From a virus, in IMG/VR virus record IMGVR_UViG_3300036770_008028, positions 64,001-128,000 of that record: a stretch of DNA of 64,000 bases. One strand, given 5' to 3'. Of the stretch, positions 1 to 14,100 are shown one piece after another. The notes beneath the pieces were generated by a model. It saw nothing but the letters and a program-made list of their open reading frames with translations. It made no database searches and was not told the origin of the DNA. Numbering within the stretch: the stretch's first letter is position 1; every line of letters begins with the position of its first letter. The position numbers were made by a program, and so were the translations under genes.

Positions 1-2170
1 CTACAATAACTTTCCCTTCACGAAGTTCAATTCTATCATCAAGAGCAAGGCCGTGGCCCGCAGTAGCATCGGTACAAGTCGTTACATCGATCTCACGGAT
101 ATCACCGGAAAATATTCATCTACCAATATCTTTGCCAGCGACGGGCTGATCTATCGCGAGAATGTGTTGCCCACTTTCAATTTCGCATGGATCAATCGCA
201 ACGAGATCGTGGATGTGATCAACAATTCAGTGGAACCATTGTTGGGCACACGCAGCCTCAACCAGTTTTACTATGCCAATTTCATCCGTCCCAATCTCGC
301 TGTGCTCAATCTATCTTGGCAGCAGAGCACGAGATTGGTCAACGAAACAACTGGATTTTTCTATGTAGGCACTGCGGCCTCGCCGAGACCCATTGGAGAG
401 TTTTCCAGCAACAACACCAGATACATCACACAGGGCAGCCTGATTAAATTTGAACCACCCGCGGGATTTTTCTTTGATGCCAACAATCGGCTGGTGGCAG
501 GTGTACCTGTGCGAGCCGATGAAAAATTGGTAGTCTGGGCCACAGTCACAGCAGTGGTAGGTGATGGCACCAATCAAGGACAGGGCAATCTCGACGATGG
601 ATCTGGCCCAGTGACCTTGAACAATTTCGTGCCAACTGGCGCACGAGCCACACAGGTCATTCCTAAATTTTCCACAGATCTTACCAGCACTGTAGAAAAC
701 AGCGCGATACAGCAGATCGAACTGTTTCGTAATTTCGGCCTGGGATATAACAATCTCGCAGGTGAATGGTACGTGATCACCAGCACCAATCTCGCTGCTG
801 ATGCTGCATTCAGTCTGGCCAACCAGCAGAGCACCGCAGGAACCAATCTTGATGCATCGTGGCTGGTGCAGTTTGTCACGGATGGTGTGAGTTATACCGT
901 GACCAGCCGCGGCCTAGATTATCTCTGGGGATCAGTGATACAGACACGTTTCACATTTGATGGCAGCGAAGAAGTCTACGATAGCCGCACAGGCCTGGTG
1001 ATCAATGATTTCGTCCGAGCGCTCAAGACCAACAGTCGACCTGATACCAACGAACCATTGACCAATGATATCACCATGGACATCATCGCGCAGCCGGTTG
1101 AAAGCGATGGATATGTCAACGATTATCAGGTCGTGGTTAGTTACGCTGACAGCGATGCTGATGGGGTCGCTGACGATCCTGATTTCTTTGATACCTTGGT
1201 AGCGCCCACAGTGGATTCCACACGCAAACTGGTGTTCTTGCAACTAGTCACTGACTTCGATGATCTTGAGAGATATCTTCCAGTGGCCAGCGGAGTGGTT
1301 AACACGCTTTATGCAACCAAAGATGCCATAGAATTAGTGAAAACTGAATTTGTAGATGGCCAGATTTTTTACGCCACTACAGAACAGGCTTTCTATGAAC
1401 TAGAAGTTGACGTGATCAATGGTGTGATCCAGCGTGTTCTGGTACCTCGCACAGACTTTGAATCTCGGGTGGGACGCCAGGATCTTTATTTCCAATATCG
1501 TCACAATTCGCCATTGACCAACGTGATCGATCCGGGTGTGACCAATATCATCGATCTCTATGTAGTGGTGCAGGAATACTATACCCAGTATCAGAATTAC
1601 ATACGTGACACCACTGGCTCTGTTCCAGAGCCTCCTATTCCGACTCTGGGACAGTTGACCACGGCCTATTCTGGACTCAATGATTTCAAGATGATATCGG
1701 ATAACATCGTACTGAATTCTGTGTTATTCAAACCCTTGTTTGGCGCTAAAGCCGCTCCAGAACTCAGAGCAGTGATCAAAGTGGTGCGTGCGCCAAAGAC
1801 CACGGCTTCGGTAAGCGAGATCAAGAGCCAGGTAGTGGCCAATATGAACAACTATTTCAGCATTGACAAATGGGACTTTGGTGACAGTTTCTTCTTCTCG
1901 GAGTTGGCAGCATATCTGCATGAGCAGATGGGCAGCATCATCAGTTCTGTGGTGTTGGTGCCGTTGAATCCTCTCAAGAGTTTTGGAGATCTCTACGAAA
2001 TAAGATCCGCACCTAACGAGATTTTCGTCAATGCTACCACGGTCACTGACGTAGAAGTGATCGAAGCATTGACACAGAGTAATCTCCGTAGCCAGACCGC
2101 AGTTTCTGGACTGGCACCTACCAGCATCAGCCAAGGTACTGCAGGCCGCGGCACAGTGACAGGCGCATGA
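1..2170 (+). CDS. Baseplate wedge subunit-like protein, 5'-truncated (frame open from window start)
   Basis: Frame is open upstream of 53 (YNNFPFTKFNSIIKSKAV). The C-terminal KTTASVSEIKSQVVANMNNYFSIDKWDFGDSFFFSELAAYLH resembles T4 gp6/baseplate J-type C-termini. Lies in the structural module. Confidence 0.6.
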   Translation, partial: YNNFPFTKFNSIIKSKAVARSSIGTSRYIDLTDITGKYSSTNIFASDGLIYRENVLPTFNFAWINRNEIVDVINNSVEPLLGTRSLNQFYYANFIRPNLAVLNLSWQQSTRLVNETTGFFYVGTAASPRPIGEFSSNNTRYITQGSLIKFEPPAGFFFDANNRLVAGVPVRADEKLVVWATVTAVVGDGTNQGQGNLDDGSGPVTLNNFVPTGARATQVIPKFSTDLTSTVENSAIQQIELFRNFGLGYNNLAGEWYVITSTNLAADAAFSLANQQSTAGTNLDASWLVQFVTDGVSYTVTSRGLDYLWGSVIQTRFTFDGSEEVYDSRTGLVINDFVRALKTNSRPDTNEPLTNDITMDIIAQPVESDGYVNDYQVVVSYADSDADGVADDPDFFDTLVAPTVDSTRKLVFLQLVTDFDDLERYLPVASGVVNTLYATKDAIELVKTEFVDGQIFYATTEQAFYELEVDVINGVIQRVLVPRTDFESRVGRQDLYFQYRHNSPLTNVIDPGVTNIIDLYVVVQEYYTQYQNYIRDTTGSVPEPPIPTLGQLTTAYSGLNDFKMISDNIVLNSVLFKPLFGAKAAPELRAVIKVVRAPKTTASVSEIKSQVVANMNNYFSIDKWDFGDSFFFSELAAYLHEQMGSIISSVVLVPLNPLKSFGDLYEIRSAPNEIFVNATTVTDVEVIEALTQSNLRSQTAVSGLAPTSISQGTAGRGTVTGA

Positions 2171-2171
2171 T

Positions 2172-5100
2172 ATGGCAAGACGCAGAACAGTAGACCTACT
2201 ACCTGAGATTTTCCGCACCGAAACCAACCGGCAGTTCCTGTCGGCCACCTTGGATCAACTCGCACAGGAACCCAACCTCAAGCGCACACAAGGTTATGTA
2301 GGTCGCCGAGTCGGGCCTGGAGTCAACCCTGCCGATAACTACGTAGCAGAATCTACGGCCGCACGAGCAGATTACCAGTTAGAACCAGGAGTGGTATTCT
2401 TCAGACCAGAGACCACCACGGCCACGGATGCTATCACGTATCCTGGCATGATCGATGCCTTGGCTTTGCAAGGTGCCAACACCGACCGCCAAGATCGATT
2501 GTTCCAGAGCCAGTACTATTCCTGGGATCCATTCTGCGATCTAGACAAGTTTACCAATTATAGCCAATACTACTGGTTGCCAGAAGGCCCGGATTCAGTA
2601 GATGTAAGTTCGGCATTCTATCCTACCACCGATTCGTGGGAAGTCACACGCAGCGGGGGTGCTTACCAGTTCAGCGACGAAGCCGGCAACAATCCTGTGA
2701 TCACTTTGGTACGTGGCGGCAACTATACCTTTGATGTGAGCCAGACTGGAAATCCGTTCTGGATACAGGCTGCTCCGGGCATCGCTGGCACCATGCCAGG
2801 TACGCCCAACATCTCTAGCCGCAATGTGCTAGGAGTGATCAACAACGGCGAAGATCTTGGTACAGTGACGTTTAATGTACCTCTCAAGACCGCACAAAAT
2901 TTCTTCTATGGACTTACCGATATCGGCACGGTGGATCTGATCACCGATATTAAATTCAACGAAATCAATAACATCTACGTCAGTGAATTCCTGCAGCGAT
3001 ATCCAGATGGTATCGACGGTATCACCAATCTTAACAATCGCACAGTGGTATTCACCAACCGAATTGAAAATGCACAGGACGGTGGATGGCAGATAACCAC
3101 ACAGTTTGATCCTCTGTTGAGAGAACAACCTCCTGAGATTATTACCAATGGTCTTCCTGGAAGTTTTGACACTACTTTGTTTGATCAGACCACGGACATC
3201 GCCACACAAGCACAACGCTATAGTATATGGCAGATACAGTATATCTTGGACAATGATGGTCAGCCTTTCATGCGCCTCGGCAGCATCCGTCCGGTGCCTA
3301 ATCTCAACAAGTTCAGCATAGCATTTGGTACTGAATTCAGCAGCACCCAGTGGTACAAAAATGCCGAGGGATTTTTTGAGCGCATACCGTTGCTTACCGC
3401 GGTGCTGGATACCTTGTATTATCAAGATGGCACAGATCCCACTATCTTTGGTCGTATACAACTGGTAGATCAGAGCGAAAACAATCCAATCAACATCGAC
3501 GATATCATTGGGGCTAAAAATTATATATCGCCCAATGGTGTGGTATTCACCAATGGACTCAAAGTACAGTTCCGCGGGCTAACCGAACCTGCACGTTATC
3601 AGGATCTTGAGTACTATGTGGAAGGTGTGGGTACGGGTCCCGGAATCGACAGTCGTGTGGGATTTATCGACGGTGAAGCCTATTTCGGTGCTTATCATAC
3701 TGTGGGCACGCAGAAGGTCACTGGTGCCACACAGAGCACTGAATTTTTCCAACAGTACATCTATGACACTGTGGAAGAAAGCCTGCTTAATATCGGCGCC
3801 GGAACTCCAGCCGGGGCTCCTTTGCCTCCAGATGGAATATTGAATGCCACGGTGGGCAACGGTATCAAATTGTTGCCAGTATCTAGTTTTGTCACTCCTG
3901 AAACGTATACTCGCAGCCTAAGTACACCTTACGACAGCACTCCTTACGATGCTACACCCTATGATGACACACTGAATGCACCTATCATTCCAGACTACAT
4001 CACTATAAATCGTGCCAGCCGAGATCTCAACCCCTGGACACGCAGCAATAGATGGTTCCACAGAGACGTGATCCAGGCTACGGCAGATTACAACAATCAG
4101 ATACCAATTTTTGACAATGATGCCCGCGGCAAGCGCCCCATCATTGAATTCCGCAACAATCTCAAACTGTTTAATTTTGGAACACAGGCCAAGATCCCAG
4201 TCAACATAGTGGACTTCCAAGAAACAGATGCACTCAGCAACATCAATGGCCAATTGGGCTACGGTGTTGACGGGTACAATTTCATCGACGGATCTTTGGT
4301 GATATTCGCTGCGGATATCGATCCAGATGTGCGCAATCGCATCTATCGGGTGGAGTTCATCGATCCTGATGGCACAGATGCATCGCCCAGGATCATCAAT
4401 CTCGAAACAGTTTTCCAAGGGGAAGCCTTGGTCAATCAAACAGTGGTCAGTCTCAGTGGAACCACCCAACAAGGACTGAGTTACTGGTTTGATGGCAGCA
4501 ACTGGATTCCGACACAGCAGAAAACCGGAGTGAATCAGGCTCCCTTGTTTGATGTCTATGATATCACTGGGCACAGTCTTAGCGATCAAACGGTGTACCC
4601 CAGCAGCACATTTGCCGGTAGTCGATTGTTCGGTTATGCAGTGGGCGGCACACAGAGATCCGACGAAGTGTTGGGATTCGCTCTGCAGTTCCTCAACATC
4701 AACAACGTGGGCGACATCGTCTTTGAGAATTATTTCTACACAGACACATTCCTCTACGTGAGGAATTCTGTGAGCCAGACAGAACCCATCAGCATAGGCT
4801 TCGTGCGCCAGTATGTGGATCGTACATCATTCTCAGATCTCATCGGATGGCAACGAGCAGCAGCAGAAAATCGCAGCCGCCAGGTGTTTAGATTCATATA
4901 TGACGATACGCCGTTGGTTTTGGATATACCAGTGGATGAAACTGCGGTGTATGCTCCGCTGCAGGTATTCCAAGGAACCACTTTCCTTGACCCCGATCAG
5001 TATACCTATGTGATTTCGGACAATGCCACAGTGATCACCATCACAGATCCTCCAGAGACTGGCACCATCATCGAAGTACAGGTGATCAGCAATGAGACCA

Positions 5101-8100
5101 GTGGTGTGGGTTTTTACCAGGTGCCATTGAATCTAGAAAACAATCCTCTCAATGAAAATTCAGAGAGGTTCACACTGGGCACTATCCGCACGCATTATCA
5201 GAGTATCGGACAGAATCTCCGAGACATCCGCGGTGACATCGACGGTCCCAACAATTCTCGAGACCTGGGCAATATCTTGCCCTACGGCGATAACATCGTG
5301 CAACACAGTTCGCCATTGGCCTTGTCCGGAGTATTCCTCCGTCGTCAGCAGTATGAAGTGATCTCGGCCATAGAGTTCAACTCGAGAGAATATCAAAAAT
5401 ACAAAGCCCTGTTGATTGATCTGGCCGGCAAAGGTGATTTTGTCAACAATACTCCCACACAGGTACTAGACACAGTGATGACCGAGATCGCTCTCACACG
5501 CAGCGATGTCAGTCCTTTCTATTGGTCAGACATGGTACCTTTTGGACAGAACTACACAGAGACCGTGTACACATTCAGTGCGATCAGTACTTCTACCTTT
5601 GACACCCGACAGACCTATGATTATACCCAGAGCAACTTCCAGGGTCTCAATGTCTATCTCAATGGGCGCATACTCACACGAGGTTACGATTACGAAACAG
5701 GAATAGACAGCCCCACTGTGACTATCACGGTGCCATTGACAGTGGGAGATGTGATCTCGATCCGCGAATTTGCTGTCACATACGGCAACTTTGTACCCAA
5801 TACCCCTACCAAGATGGGTTTGTACGGTGCCTATCGTCCACAGAAATTCCTAGACGAAACCTATGTCACACCCACGGAAGTGATACAGGGTCATGACGGA
5901 TCCATCACTGTGGCCTTTGGCGATTATCGCGATGATGTGTTACTGGAATTTGAAACACGCATATTCAACAACATCAAGATAACGAGTTCGATTCCTTTGA
6001 CCCAGGATGAAATCATTCCCGGACAATGGAGACAGACCGATTACACGCTCCAAGAGATAACAAATATTCTCGCGCCTGACTTTTTGAGTTGGGTTGGCTG
6101 GAACAAACTTGACTACACCGCCCAGACCTATGTTAGCGACAACGGATTCACTTGGAACTACAGTCAGAGCGCCAACAAGATCGATCAACAACCATTGCTG
6201 GGAGCCTGGAGAGGCATATACAACTATTACTATGACACCACTACTCCCAACACCACACCGTGGGAAATGCTGGGATTTTCTGAAAAGCCAAATTGGTGGG
6301 AAGACTACTACGGCCCTGCACCTTATACTTCGGGCAACTTGGTGCTGTGGGAAGATCTGGCCAATGGTCTGGTGAGAGATCCTGATGGTGAATATGTGAT
6401 ACCCCTATTCCGCCGGCCGGACTTGCTGCAAGTTATCCCGTCGGGATCAGAAGGTGCGCTGTTACCACCCATTGACGTGGCCACCGGCAACTATGACGCG
6501 ACCAGTTTCCGTAGATCCTGGGTGTTTGGTGACGATGGTCCGGTAGAGAATGTGTGGCGCACATCATCCGCCTGGCCATTCGCTGTGATGCGGCTATTGG
6601 CCTTGACCAAACCAGCCAAATTTTTCAGTCTGTTTGCGGACCGAGATCGCTATGTGTTTGATCCGAATCTGGATCAGTATCTCTGGGACGGCCGTTATAG
6701 ACTAGATGCCAAGCAGTTGACTCCTCTCTACGGCGAAGCCATAGACGGCCAGGCCACAAGCAAAGCAAGTTACATCAATTGGATAATTGATTATAATCGC
6801 CAGCGCGGCACCAACAGCACAGTGAGTCTTACCGAAACTCTCAACAACATTGGGGTACGGCTGTGCTGGCGCGTGGGCGGTTTTACTGACAAACGCTATC
6901 TCAAACTTTTCACAGAGCGCTCGACACCCAACAGCCTCAACACCAGCCTGCTGCTGCCGGACGAGAGTTATCAGATCTTGCTATACAAGAATCAACCATT
7001 CCGCCAGAGTGTGTTCAGCAGTGTTGTGGTACAGAGCACGGACACAGGGTGGCAGGTGTACGGATACAGCACCACACGTCCTTATTTCAATGTGCTGGCC
7101 AGCAGGCCCAATGGTAATTTTACCGTGATAACTGCCGGCGGTCAGACCGTGAGGGTAGCGTTGGACCACAGTGATGACGTGGTACAGGTGCCCTACGGAT
7201 ATACCTTTACCTCACTCACGGCCGTGTGTGATTTCCTTTACAGTTACGGTCTGCTGTTAGAACAGCAGGGATTCGTGTTCGACACACGTGAAAATGGTTA
7301 TATCATGAACTGGCTGCAGATGGCCCAGGAATTTTTGTATTGGGCTAATCAAGGCTGGGCTCCTGGATCGATCATCAACCTCAATCCAGGAGCCACAAGA
7401 GTATCTATCTCACAACCTTTCAGTGTGGTGGACAGCCTGGCTGAATTGCGACCAGAAAATCTCATTCTGAATCAAAATCGTCAACCATTACCGTCCGGCA
7501 ATCTCGTGATAGAACGCCTGGAAAACAAATTCCAGGTCACCAGTCTGACCAGTGATACCATAAATTTCCTCAATCTCAACTTCACAGCCTTTGAACATCT
7601 GGTCATCATTGACAACGTCACTGTGTTTGCTGATCTCATATATGAGCCCGTGACTGGTGCACGCCAGAGCCGTATCTTGGTATCCGGTGCCATCTCCGGC
7701 GACTGGAACGGCACAGTAGATGCGCCAGGTTTTGTGCTCAACGAAGACAACATACAGGAATGGCGACCAAATCAGCAGTACAGCAAGGGCGAGATCGTGT
7801 TGTTCAAGAACGAATACTGGTCCGCTTCTGAGATCATACAGCCTTCTCAAGAATTTGATTACACACTCTGGGTCAAGAGTGACTATGACCAGATACAGAC
7901 TGGCCTCCTGCCCAATGCTGCCAATGCTTCTGACCAATTGGCATCTGCGTATTCCATCTATGATGCGGCCCTGGATCAAGAAGTGGATCTGTTCAGTTTT
8001 GGATTGATTGGATTCCGTCCGAGAGAGTACATGCAGGCCCTGAATCTCGACGATGTCAGCCAAGTAGGATTGTACCAGCAGTTCCTAGGCAGCAAAGGCA

Positions 8101-11100
8101 CACTGCGCAGCGCAGAAATTTTCAGTCTGGCCGATCTGGGCAAAGAAATCGCGCAGTATGATATTGATGAATACTGGGCCATCCAGCGCAGCCAGTACGG
8201 CGCTACTGCCAATCGTAATTACATAGAACTACAACTCAATGCCGCTTTGCTCAAGAGCGATCCCAGTCTGGTGCAGGTTGTACAACCCCAACAGGTCTCG
8301 CAGGCCGACCAGGCAATTTTATTGCAAAACATCTGGAAAAGCAGTGCACCGTTGAACAGCACTGATATATTCCCTACCACGCTGGTAGCAGCACGTGATG
8401 CATCTTTGCCGTCGGCTGGCTATGTCAATCTTGAAGATGTAAACTTTACCACGTTTGATCTTGACACACTCACTGATATATTGAGCAGGATCGGCAGCAT
8501 CGAACAATTGGCCGTGGGCAGCACTATCTGGGTAGCCAAAAGCAACGCCTACGATTGGAATGTGTATCGAGCCGAGCGAGTTCCTGGAAATATCATCACA
8601 GTCAGTGACAATCTCGATGGCCTTGCTCTCGTGGAGTTCAATCGCCAGCACGGATTGAACACTGGAAATCAACTGGTCATCAGATTCTTCGACGAAGAAA
8701 TTGACGGTGCATATCGCGTGCGCGGTGTCCCCAGCCTTACCAGCCTGTTGATTGATTACCAGTTTGTAGGTGCTCAGACCACAGCTACTGGCCAAGGACT
8801 GGGATTCACTCTGCAGACTGCTCGAGTCGCACAAGCCAGTGACATAGTGGGATTGTCCTACAGCAAATTACTTGTACCAGGCAGCCTTACTTGGGTCGAC
8901 GACATCGGTATCGGCCGCTGGGCCGTGATAGAAAAAACCAATCCGTTTACTCCAGCAGACCAGGTAGATCCTGAACTTCCTGTGGAGAATTCTCGATTTG
9001 GCGCCAGCCTCACACAAGGCTTCCAGAATCTGGCAGCCATGGTTGGCGCACCGGGCTACGCCGGAGATGACAGTGCTCTGTCCGGAGCCAAAGGTGCGGT
9101 CTATACCTATGTCAAGATCGACACTGGTCGTTATGCACAGAACATAATCCTGTTGCTAGAAACTGAAGAAGCTCAAGGATTTGGCAATGCCATGGACATG
9201 GGCGACCAGACCTGGGCCGTGATAGGCGCATCAGCCAGTTGGAGCGGACGCGGTTATGCCGTGATTATATTCAATCCTCCCACCAGCAATGCATTCACTC
9301 AGCATCAGATCTTGCTGAGAGACACAGATGTGCAGGCCGGCGACGAGTTTGGCTACAGCGTGACTATCAGCCAAAATGAACGTTGGCTCTATGTGGGTGC
9401 ACCGGGCAACAACAGAGTTTTCGCCTATGGTCGTGTGGACGTACAAGAACAAAGCGTGCGATATGTCACCGACGGGGAAACCGGTGCCTTTAATTACAAC
9501 AATTCTATCACAGTAGCTGATGGTAGTCAGTTGGTAGTGGTACTCAATAATGTGGTACAGATCCTCAATACCGATTTCACGATAGAAAGTGGCAACGTTG
9601 TTTTCCCAGCGCCACCCCTCACGGGACTACCACTGATAATCACACGTCGCACCACACTGACTCCAGTGGGAGACGGAATAGAAGATACCTATGATCTCAG
9701 TGAGTTATATTCTGCTGATAATATCTATAGTTTTGCGGTCTATCTAGACAATGTGATACAGCGTCCTTACCAAGACTATACTTTCGACAGCAATACCAAA
9801 GAATTGGTATTTGCAGACCCGCCGGCAAATACCTCGCAGATTTCCATCAGGGCCACTACCTGGTGGCGTCCAGTCGCCGCACTCACTGATGCTGGGGTAG
9901 TCAATGGTGCGAGATTTGGTAACAGTGTCAGCACCACTACAGATGGCCGACAGGTCCTGATCGGAGCACCGTTCCAAGGACAAGCCGACACAGTGTCTGT
10001 GGCAGCAGGATCTTTTTCGATCGGCCTCGATTATCAGATTGAAACAGTGGGCACCACAGATTTTACCTTGATCGGCGCTGCTTCCAACACTGTGGGACTG
10101 GTTTTCACAGCCACAGGAACAGGCACCGGTAACGGCACAGCAGTACGCTATCAGCGACAAGGTTGTACCTATGTGTTTGATCGCTCAGTGGAAAGATTCC
10201 AGATAACCAATGCTTCACAGACTACGTACACCACTGTCGAGAGCTTGACCAATCCGGGTGCTCCGATCAATGTAAAACTCAACGGATCTTTCCTCACAAA
10301 CTCCACAGGCAATCCCAGCGGAGGATTCTCTATCACAGGTGCCAACACCGTGGACATTTCAGTGGATCTTGCTGTGGGAGACATCCTGGAGATAGAAACC
10401 AATCAATTTACTCTATTGCAGGTCATCGAGGACAGCGCACCATTCGAATCGGCCCGCTACGGCACAGTAGTGGATCAATGTATCAATGACTGTAGTCTGT
10501 ATGTCGCTGCGCCTTATGATGGTAGCGTGCTGCCTGAGGCCGGACATGTGCAGTTCTTGCAGAATCAGAGCAGAGTCTATGGCACGACCACTTCTCGTCG
10601 GGCCAATGCTACACTGACTCCGGGAGAATACCTGCGCGTCAATAATACCTATCTGGCAGTGAGCACACCTGCTACCTGGAGTTCTCTGTCAGCGTATGCG
10701 GCTGGAACTTTCGTGCTAGACGGTACAGATCTGTTCCGCGCTGTCATTGCTGTACCGGTAGGCACAGCGATCACCGATCTTGATCACTGGTTACCTACAA
10801 ATTGGGCTGCTGTTCTGTCTCAAGACATCAATGATAGCGGCATCCCCAACGTGTCAGCCAGCCTCACTGACAGCGATGTAGAATTTGAAGGTGATGGAGA
10901 TACCACTGAATTCTCTGTGGGCACAGCCTACTCTGCGGCAGATTCATACACAACTTTGGTTTATGTTGACAATGTGATACAAGCTTCGCCTGGTGACTAT
11001 GTCTACGACAACAATGATGAGACTGTGACATTCTCGACGGCACCCAATCGTGGTTCTACTGTCAGAGTCATAGCTTCGAGACTGATCATATCCGTGATCA

Positions 11101-14100
11101 ACGATGCCGCAGCAATTCCGTTGAGCAAACTCGCAGTGTTACCAGCATCCGATGCCGGCGGTATCGCCTTGTTTGATGATCTCGATTTTGAAACTTATGC
11201 AAGCCAGCAGATTATCCAGAGTCCGGTACCTCAGGCCTATGCGCACTTTGGTGCCGCAGTGTTCATCAGCGATAGCGTGGTTGATCTGGTTGTGGGTGCA
11301 CCGCAGGCCACGGCCTTCAACCCCACTACTTTTGACAATGGTACCACGATATTTGATGCTGCCAGCACCAACTTCTTGGATCCGGTGTCCGAGAGTGGTG
11401 CTGTCTATACGTTTGAGCTGCTGCCCGCAGCCAATGCATCTGTGACCAACCCTGCACAGTGGATATTCGGTCAGCAGTTGTACGATCCGTTGGTAGGCCC
11501 GTTGGACCAGTTTGGTACCGCAGTAGATTACACCACTGGTGTGCTCCTGGTAGGTGCACCAGGAGAGGATGCCGGGGACAGCAATGCCAACTACGGTACA
11601 ATAATAGAATTTAACAATCCTGACCGTCAACCGGCTTGGTCGATCAAGAGACTGCAACAGCCGGTGGTCGATATCGATCTCATGAACACAGTGTTCATGT
11701 ATGATCTCAACACTTCTGGTACCAAACAATATTTTGATTTCTTTGATCCTTTGCAGGGCAAGATCCTGGGCGCAGTACGGCAGAATCTTGATTACATCGG
11801 CGCAGTGGATCCAGCAGCCTACAACGTGGGCGCATTGAACAACTATGGCAATCGATGGGGACAGGATCGTGTGGGTCAAGTCTGGTGGGACACTAACCGT
11901 GCCAGATTCATCGATCCCAATCAAGACGACATAACCTATGCCAGCCGCAGATGGGGACAGCTTTTCCCAGGATCCAGCGTAGAAATATACCAATGGGTCA
12001 GCAGTTCGGTACCTCCTGCACAGTACACAGGCCCAGGAATACCCAAGTACACCGACAGTTATGTGATCACGTCCAACATCAATGAACAAGGTGTATTTGG
12101 AACCACATACTTCTTCTGGGTCAGTGGTATCCGCACTGTGGATCGCACTGCCCGCAAGACCTTGAGCATCGATACGCTCGCACGCTACATCGAGAATCCT
12201 CGCAGCAGCGGTATCGCTTACATCGCTCCCATGAACTCTAGCACTGTGGCCATCTACAATGGTCTAGAATACATCTCTGCGCAAGACACAGTGATACATG
12301 TAGAATACGATCAAACCCCCAATGATGCTGTGGTGCACGTGGAATACCAGTTGGTGGCTCAGGATCGCGGCGACTCATTCTTGACCGACGGGTTGTATCG
12401 CAAACTGCAAGACAGTTTCTGCGGCGTAGATCTAGTGGGAAATCCTGTGCCAGATCCCAGACTGGCACCCAGCGAGCTCTATGGCGTACAGTTCCGTCCT
12501 CGCCAGAGCATGTTTGCCAACAGGTTCTTGGCCTTGGAAAACTATCTAGTAGAAGTCAATCGAGTGATGGCCCAGTACCCCTTGGCAGAAAGTCGCAAGT
12601 TTCCTTTGTTGCTGAGCGAGGATCCAGAGCCAACACCGGGATCTGGCGCATGGAACAAGCGTGTGGCCGACCTGGCAGAACTCAGTTACCAAGATTTGCA
12701 AGCAGTGCCGGTGGGATATCTCTATCTTGTTGGCAATGACAGTGATAACAATGGTCTATGGACCATATACGAAGTACAGTCTGGGACTGTACCCGGAAGC
12801 CGTGTATTGGGGCTGATACGGGTGCAAAGTTATGATACCAAACTTTACTGGAAGTACATCAACTGGTATCAGGCAGATTACAATCCTCTCACAGTGATCA
12901 CGGCCGAAGTCGAGAATTTTGCTGACCTAGCCACTCTCACCCTGCCTGCCGGAAGCACAGTCAAGGTACTGGATAACGCCGCGGGCAAATTTGAAATCTA
13001 TAGACTTGACGCAGATAATTGGGTGCGCGTGGCTCTGCAGGACGGAACCATGGAGATCCTGCCGCAGATATGGGACTACAGCCTGGGACGATTTGGGTTT
13101 GACGTAGAAGTGTTTGATGCACAATACTTCGATCAGGAGCCCGTGACAGAGACACGCAGGATCATCCAGAGCATCAATCAAGAAATATTCATCGACGATC
13201 TTGAAATCGAGCGTAACCGTCTCTTGATCCTGATGTTCAACTTCATCCTGAATGAACAGATCGCACCGATATGGTTGACCAAGACCAGCCTCATCGATGT
13301 GAATCACACTGTGCGACGCCTGGAACCATTCCAGATCTATCGACAAGACAATCAAGACTTTGTGCTGAATTACATACAAGAAGTCAAACCCTATCATACC
13401 CAGATCAGAGAATTCAATCTAATCTACAGTGGTGACGATGTATGGGATGGTACAGTCACAGATTTTGACGTGCCTGCCTATTACAACACCACAGAGCGTA
13501 TGTTTGTGAGTCCGGTGTTGGACGATACCGGAACACTGAGCACCACATCTAGCACACCCAGCACCAGTGCAATTTGGCAGACCTTGCCTTGGAGCCAGTG
13601 GTATCAGAATTATCTCTTGAGCATAGCGTCAGTCACAGTGATCGATGGAGGATCTGGTTACACTGTTCCGCCCGAAGTGATAGTGACCGGAGAAGCCGAG
13701 CGTCCAGCCATCATGCAAGCACGAATCAACACCGCGGGCGCAGTGGTCGGAATCGACGTGATCGATCCTGGCCTAGGATACCTGACCACTGCGCTGATTT
13801 CTTTTGATGGAGGCAACGGTACCGGAGCCCGAGCAGTGGCAGTGATGCAGAACCAATTGGTGCGTGATTTCGCTGTGACGATCAGGTATGATCGATATGA
13901 GTATCAGTCCACGATCCGCGAATGGCAACCCAACGAAAACTATGACAATGGCACACAGGTGCGCTATCTAGACCGTGTTTGGGCAGCCAGCAGCGATGAC
14001 AGCACCGGAGTACAGAGTGCTACATTTGATCCAGATCAGTGGACACTGGTCAATGCTGCCACACTGAGTGGTGCAGATCGCACCATGGGATTCTACGCAC